Part shown: positions 60,444 through 64,000 of the stretch, in pieces
Numbering within the stretch: the stretch's first letter is position 1
Layout of the letters: every line of letters starts with the position of its first letter
Source of the DNA: Candidatus Kaelpia aquatica
Lineage (GTDB): Bacteria > Omnitrophota > Gorgyraeia > Kaelpiales > Kaelpiaceae
DNA: 64,000 nucleotides
NCBI GenBank assembly: GCA_030765335.1
Contig: JAVCCU010000001.1
Coordinates: 456 to 64,455 of the forward strand
Direction: 5' to 3'
Position numbers and translations under genes: made by a program
The notes under the pieces: model-generated
What the model was told of the DNA's origin: nothing
The model's input: only the letters and a program-made list of their open reading frames with translations
Database searches by the model: none

Positions 60444-63257
60444 ATGAATAAAAATAAACCTTTTGATAAAATTCTTGTTTTTGGGGCCAAAATGCATAAC
60501 CTCAAAAACATAGATCTCTCTTTACCGCGGAACTCTTTTATTGTTTTTACAGGTTTAAGTGGGTCTGGAAAATCATCGCTTGCCTTTGATACTATTTATG
60601 CGGAGGGACAAAGAAAGTTTGTTGAGAGTTTAACTGCTTATGCCAGGCAGTTTTTAGAACAGCTTAGTAAGCCGGATGTTGATAAAATAGAAGGCCTCTC
60701 TCCCACGATCTCCATTGAACAGAAAACTGCCAGAGGTAATCCGCGCTCTACTGTCGGAACCCAGACAGAGATCTCTGATTATCTCAGGCTTCTCTTTGCC
60801 CGGGTCGGCGACGTGCATTGTTATAAATGCGAACGGTTAATCCAGCAGCAGAGCGCTCAGGAGATAATAGAGAAGGTACTCTCCTTAGAAGCTGGTGGAA
60901 TGTTAAAACTTTTTGCTCCACTCATTAGAGGTAGAAAAGGAGAGCATGCCGAACTCTTTAAAAAACTAAAGAGAGAAGGGTTTATCAAGGTTAAAATTGA
61001 TAATATTCTTTACGATTTAGAAAATCTGCCTCGGCTAGAGAAGAATAAAAAACATATCATAGAACTATTAATAGACAGGTTTACTCTTAGCGTAGGCAAT
61101 AGAGAGAGGTTAATAGATTCTGTTGAGCTGACTTTAGGATATGGAGGAGGGTTATGTTCGGTAGAATATAACCTGGGAAGGAAAAAAAAGAAAGAGCTCT
61201 TTAATCAACACTTTGTCTGTACCAAATGTAATATAAGCTATGAAGAAGTAGAGCCCAGGAACTTCTCTTTCAACAGCCCTTATGGGGCCTGCAGCACCTG
61301 CTTAGGACTAGGTACTAAATTGGAGATTGATCTTGACCTGGTAGTGCCAGATAAGAACAGAAGCATTTTGGATGGAGCTATTGAGCCTTGGCGAAAAGGT
61401 GGTCGGGGCTACATGTTATATTATAGAAGATTGCTGCATGGATTAGCGGAACATTATAGATTTAGTTTAGAAGTTCCTTTTAAAAAATTATCCAAGAGAA
61501 TCCAAAACATTATTCTTTACGGCAGCGAAGAGTATATTCATGATAGGAGATATGAAGGGGCTATACCCCTCATAGAGAGGCTGTTTAATACAACGGAGAG
61601 CCCTTACTTAAAAGAAGAGCTTTCTAAATATTTAAGTAGCTTGCCCTGCCCGGATTGCGGTGGTAAGAGATTAAAAAAAGAGAGTTTGGCTGTAAAAATA
61701 GGCGGCCTCTCCATATCTGACCTCTCAGATCTTTCCGTTAAGAATGCTATAGTTTTCTTTTCAGAGATAAGGTTTGGTTCTATGAAGACCAAGATATCTC
61801 AAGGTATCATTAGAGAGATTCTAAGGAGACTATATTATTTAAGCGATGTTGGGCTGGACTATCTTACGATTAACAGGCGGAGCAATACACTCTCAGGAGG
61901 TGAATCTCAGAGAATAAGGCTGGCTACTCAGATAGGATCAGGATTGGTCGGGGTTAGCTATATTCTTGATGAACCCACAATAGGGCTGCACCCCTATGAT
62001 ACCGGCAGACTCTTAAAAATATTACATAAGCTTAGGGATATAGGTAATACCGTGATTGTTGTAGAGCATGATGAGCAGATAATCAAGAGTTCTGATTATA
62101 TAGTTGACCTTGGGCCGGGTGCTGGCAAGAGCGGTGGCGAGGTTGTTTACCAGGGGAATTTTAAAGGCCTTCTTAGATCTAAAAAATCTTTAACTGGAAA
62201 ATATTTAAGCGGAAATTTACAGATTGAGATTCCTCAGAAAAGAAGAAATTATAAAGATAGGCCTGCTATCAAAATTATAGCTGCAGAAGAGCATAACCTA
62301 AAGAGCATAGATATTAAGATATTTTTAGGTCTCTTTGTCTGTGTTAGCGGGGTCTCTGGTTCTGGTAAGAGCACTCTTGTTAATGAGATACTCTACAGGG
62401 CTGTGAGCCGCAAGCTTTACCGAAGCAGATTAAAGCCGGGTAAACATAAAGCAATAGAAGGTTTAAATAATATTGATAAAGTTATCGTTGTCGATCAGTC
62501 GCCCATAGGGCGTACGCCCCGTTCTAATCCGGCAACCTACACAGGGTTATTTGCTCCGATAAGAGAGTTCTTTGCTCTCTTGCCAGAATCAAAGATCAGA
62601 GGCTATAAGCCGGGCAGATTTAGTTTTAATGTTAAAGGCGGCCGCTGCGAAGCTTGCAGGGGAGATGGCGTAAAAAAAATAGAGATGCATTTTTTACCAG
62701 AGATATATGTTCCTTGCGGCCTATGTAAGGGCAGTAGATATAATGAACAGACTCTGGATGTAAAATATAAAGGAAAGAATATTGCAGAGATATTAGATTT
62801 AACCGTTGAAGAGGCTATAGAGCTCTTTAAAGATATTCCTAAAGTGTATTTGAAATTAAATCTCTTAAAAGATGTCGGCCTTGGCTATATTCATCTTGGT
62901 CAACCCGCTACTACATTATCTGGAGGAGAAGCACAAAGGATAAAATTAAGCACAGAGCTCTCTAAGCGCGGAACTGGCAAAACGCTCTATATTCTGGATG
63001 AGCCTACTACGGGCTTGCATTTCTCTGATATTGAAAAACTTTTAACTGTGTTACAGAGATTGGTTGATAAGGGTAATACAGTGCTCGTAATAGAACACAA
63101 TTTAGATGTGATAAAATCTGCAGATTATATTATTGACCTAGGTCCGGGAGGAGGAGATGATGGAGGCAATGTTATTACAACAGGAAGCCCGGAAGAGGTT
63201 GCAAAATGCGGAAGATCCCGAACAGGATTATTTTTAAAAGAGATATTGAGAAGATAA
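60444..63257 (+). CDS. uvrA: Excinuclease ABC subunit A
   Basis: 937 aa; two ABC ATPase modules (GLSGSGKSSLAFDT; GVSGSGKSTLVNE) and zinc-finger cysteine clusters. Confidence 0.97.
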   Translation: MNKNKPFDKILVFGAKMHNLKNIDLSLPRNSFIVFTGLSGSGKSSLAFDTIYAEGQRKFVESLTAYARQFLEQLSKPDVDKIEGLSPTISIEQKTARGNPRSTVGTQTEISDYLRLLFARVGDVHCYKCERLIQQQSAQEIIEKVLSLEAGGMLKLFAPLIRGRKGEHAELFKKLKREGFIKVKIDNILYDLENLPRLEKNKKHIIELLIDRFTLSVGNRERLIDSVELTLGYGGGLCSVEYNLGRKKKKELFNQHFVCTKCNISYEEVEPRNFSFNSPYGACSTCLGLGTKLEIDLDLVVPDKNRSILDGAIEPWRKGGRGYMLYYRRLLHGLAEHYRFSLEVPFKKLSKRIQNIILYGSEEYIHDRRYEGAIPLIERLFNTTESPYLKEELSKYLSSLPCPDCGGKRLKKESLAVKIGGLSISDLSDLSVKNAIVFFSEIRFGSMKTKISQGIIREILRRLYYLSDVGLDYLTINRRSNTLSGGESQRIRLATQIGSGLVGVSYILDEPTIGLHPYDTGRLLKILHKLRDIGNTVIVVEHDEQIIKSSDYIVDLGPGAGKSGGEVVYQGNFKGLLRSKKSLTGKYLSGNLQIEIPQKRRNYKDRPAIKIIAAEEHNLKSIDIKIFLGLFVCVSGVSGSGKSTLVNEILYRAVSRKLYRSRLKPGKHKAIEGLNNIDKVIVVDQSPIGRTPRSNPATYTGLFAPIREFFALLPESKIRGYKPGRFSFNVKGGRCEACRGDGVKKIEMHFLPEIYVPCGLCKGSRYNEQTLDVKYKGKNIAEILDLTVEEAIELFKDIPKVYLKLNLLKDVGLGYIHLGQPATTLSGGEAQRIKLSTELSKRGTGKTLYILDEPTTGLHFSDIEKLLTVLQRLVDKGNTVLVIEHNLDVIKSADYIIDLGPGGGDDGGNVITTGSPEEVAKCGRSRTGLFLKEILRR

Positions 63258-63310
63258 ATTCGGGATGTTATGATAAGCCGTAAGAGTTGTTTTAGCTATT
63301 AATTTATAAA

Positions 63311-64000
63311 ATGAAAAAAATACTCTATTCTCTAGTCCTTGTTTTTATTATATCCTCTTTTTGGTCTTTTGCTTTTGCAGGAGAGGGAGAGGACTATTCT
63401 GCCATTAAGCAGAGTTTTAGCGATAACTTCTACAGTCTCACTTTAAACGGTTGTAATGCTTTTTTAAAAAAATATCCCAATTCCGATTTTAAGGAAGATA
63501 TCTCTTTAATCAAGGGTTTAGCCTTGTTCTATCTTAAAGAGTATTCTCAGGCCGTTGTAATCTTTGAAGCTATTTTAGATTCAAAAGATGTTAGGATAAG
63601 GCAGGAGGCTATCTTCTATCTTGGTAAACTCTATGCTTTAAGTATGGAGCATGATAAGGCTGTGAAGCTTTTGACTCAGCTTTTTGAATTAGATGAAGAT
63701 ATTGCTTTGAGCGGTTTAGCCGGCCATGAACTAGGGTTGATTTACTTTAATAAAAGGGACTATAGTAAGGCTGTTGAGTACTGGGAAGAGGTTTTGAAAA
63801 GACTGGTTATACCTGAAGATATAAAAGCAGAGCTGGTCCATAATTTAGTTCAAGCATACATTAAGACTGAAGACCTAGATAAAGCTAAAACAGCTATTGA
63901 AGATAGTATAGATAGAAATACGGCGGAGTATCATTTTTTGAAAGGCAAGGTAGGCTATTTGAGCAAAGAGTACTTATCTAGCCTCGATAAATTTGATCAA
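63311..64000 (+). CDS. TPR-repeat exported protein, 3' end beyond the window
   Basis: ATG at 63311; signal peptide MKKILYSLVLVFIISSFWSFAFA; TPR-like helical repeats (AVEYWEEVL..., YHFLKGKVGYL); open to the window end. Confidence 0.65.
   Translation, partial: MKKILYSLVLVFIISSFWSFAFAGEGEDYSAIKQSFSDNFYSLTLNGCNAFLKKYPNSDFKEDISLIKGLALFYLKEYSQAVVIFEAILDSKDVRIRQEAIFYLGKLYALSMEHDKAVKLLTQLFELDEDIALSGLAGHELGLIYFNKRDYSKAVEYWEEVLKRLVIPEDIKAELVHNLVQAYIKTEDLDKAKTAIEDSIDRNTAEYHFLKGKVGYLSKEYLSSLDKFDQ

Overview
This window is a low-GC, diderm-type bacterial chromosome segment centred on the replication origin. Gene orientation switches at the dnaA/rpmH divergence near 37.6 kb. To the left, every gene is on the minus strand: dnaA, oriC DnaA-box cluster, dnaN, a DUF721 gene, gyrB, gyrA, tRNA-Glu, glmS and rsmI. 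Further left on the same strand lie a four-gene operon of exported hypothetical proteins, a six-gene efflux operon (OMF, MFP, two RND pumps, coiled-coil protein), and a carbohydrate-type locus with an orphan sugar-binding lipoprotein, a ROK regulator, a CBM-like paralog, a large CBM-flanked glycoside-hydrolase-like protein and a GT2. The left end holds a beta-propeller protein, dtd, a rhomboid protease and two acidic exported proteins. To the right, genes are on the plus strand: rpmH, rnpA, yidD, yidC, a parS-like site, parA, parB, ndk, yicC, remA, gmk, rpoZ, coaC and coaB. These are followed by tRNA-Cys, tRNA-Leu and tRNA-Val, then thrS, infC, rpmI, rplT, a Ktr/Trk K+ uptake pair, pheS, pheT and rarA. 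The right end holds a small hydrolase cluster (HAD, flavin-reductase-like, YihX-like HAD, SGNH), a DUF167 gene, an exported hypothetical, uvrA and a partial TPR gene. I found no transposases, integrases, CRISPR arrays or rRNA. The most unusual items are an RND permease with a C-terminal winged-helix DNA-binding extension, a ~60-aa C-terminal domain shared by the OMF and the coiled-coil protein of the same efflux operon, and a three-member family of CBM-like modules. A 10-12-nt motif ATGATACGGTTA occurs in two tight clusters of 6-7 copies, at the 5' ends of the OMF and yidC genes, in both orientations. There is also a near-consensus parS palindrome abutting parA, domain-minimal ThrRS and PheT, and a K+ uptake pair inserted in the infC-rplT-pheST operon. 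Nothing here forces the conclusion that a wholly new system is present; the efflux operon with its regulator-like fusion and the recurrent repeat motif are the best candidates.
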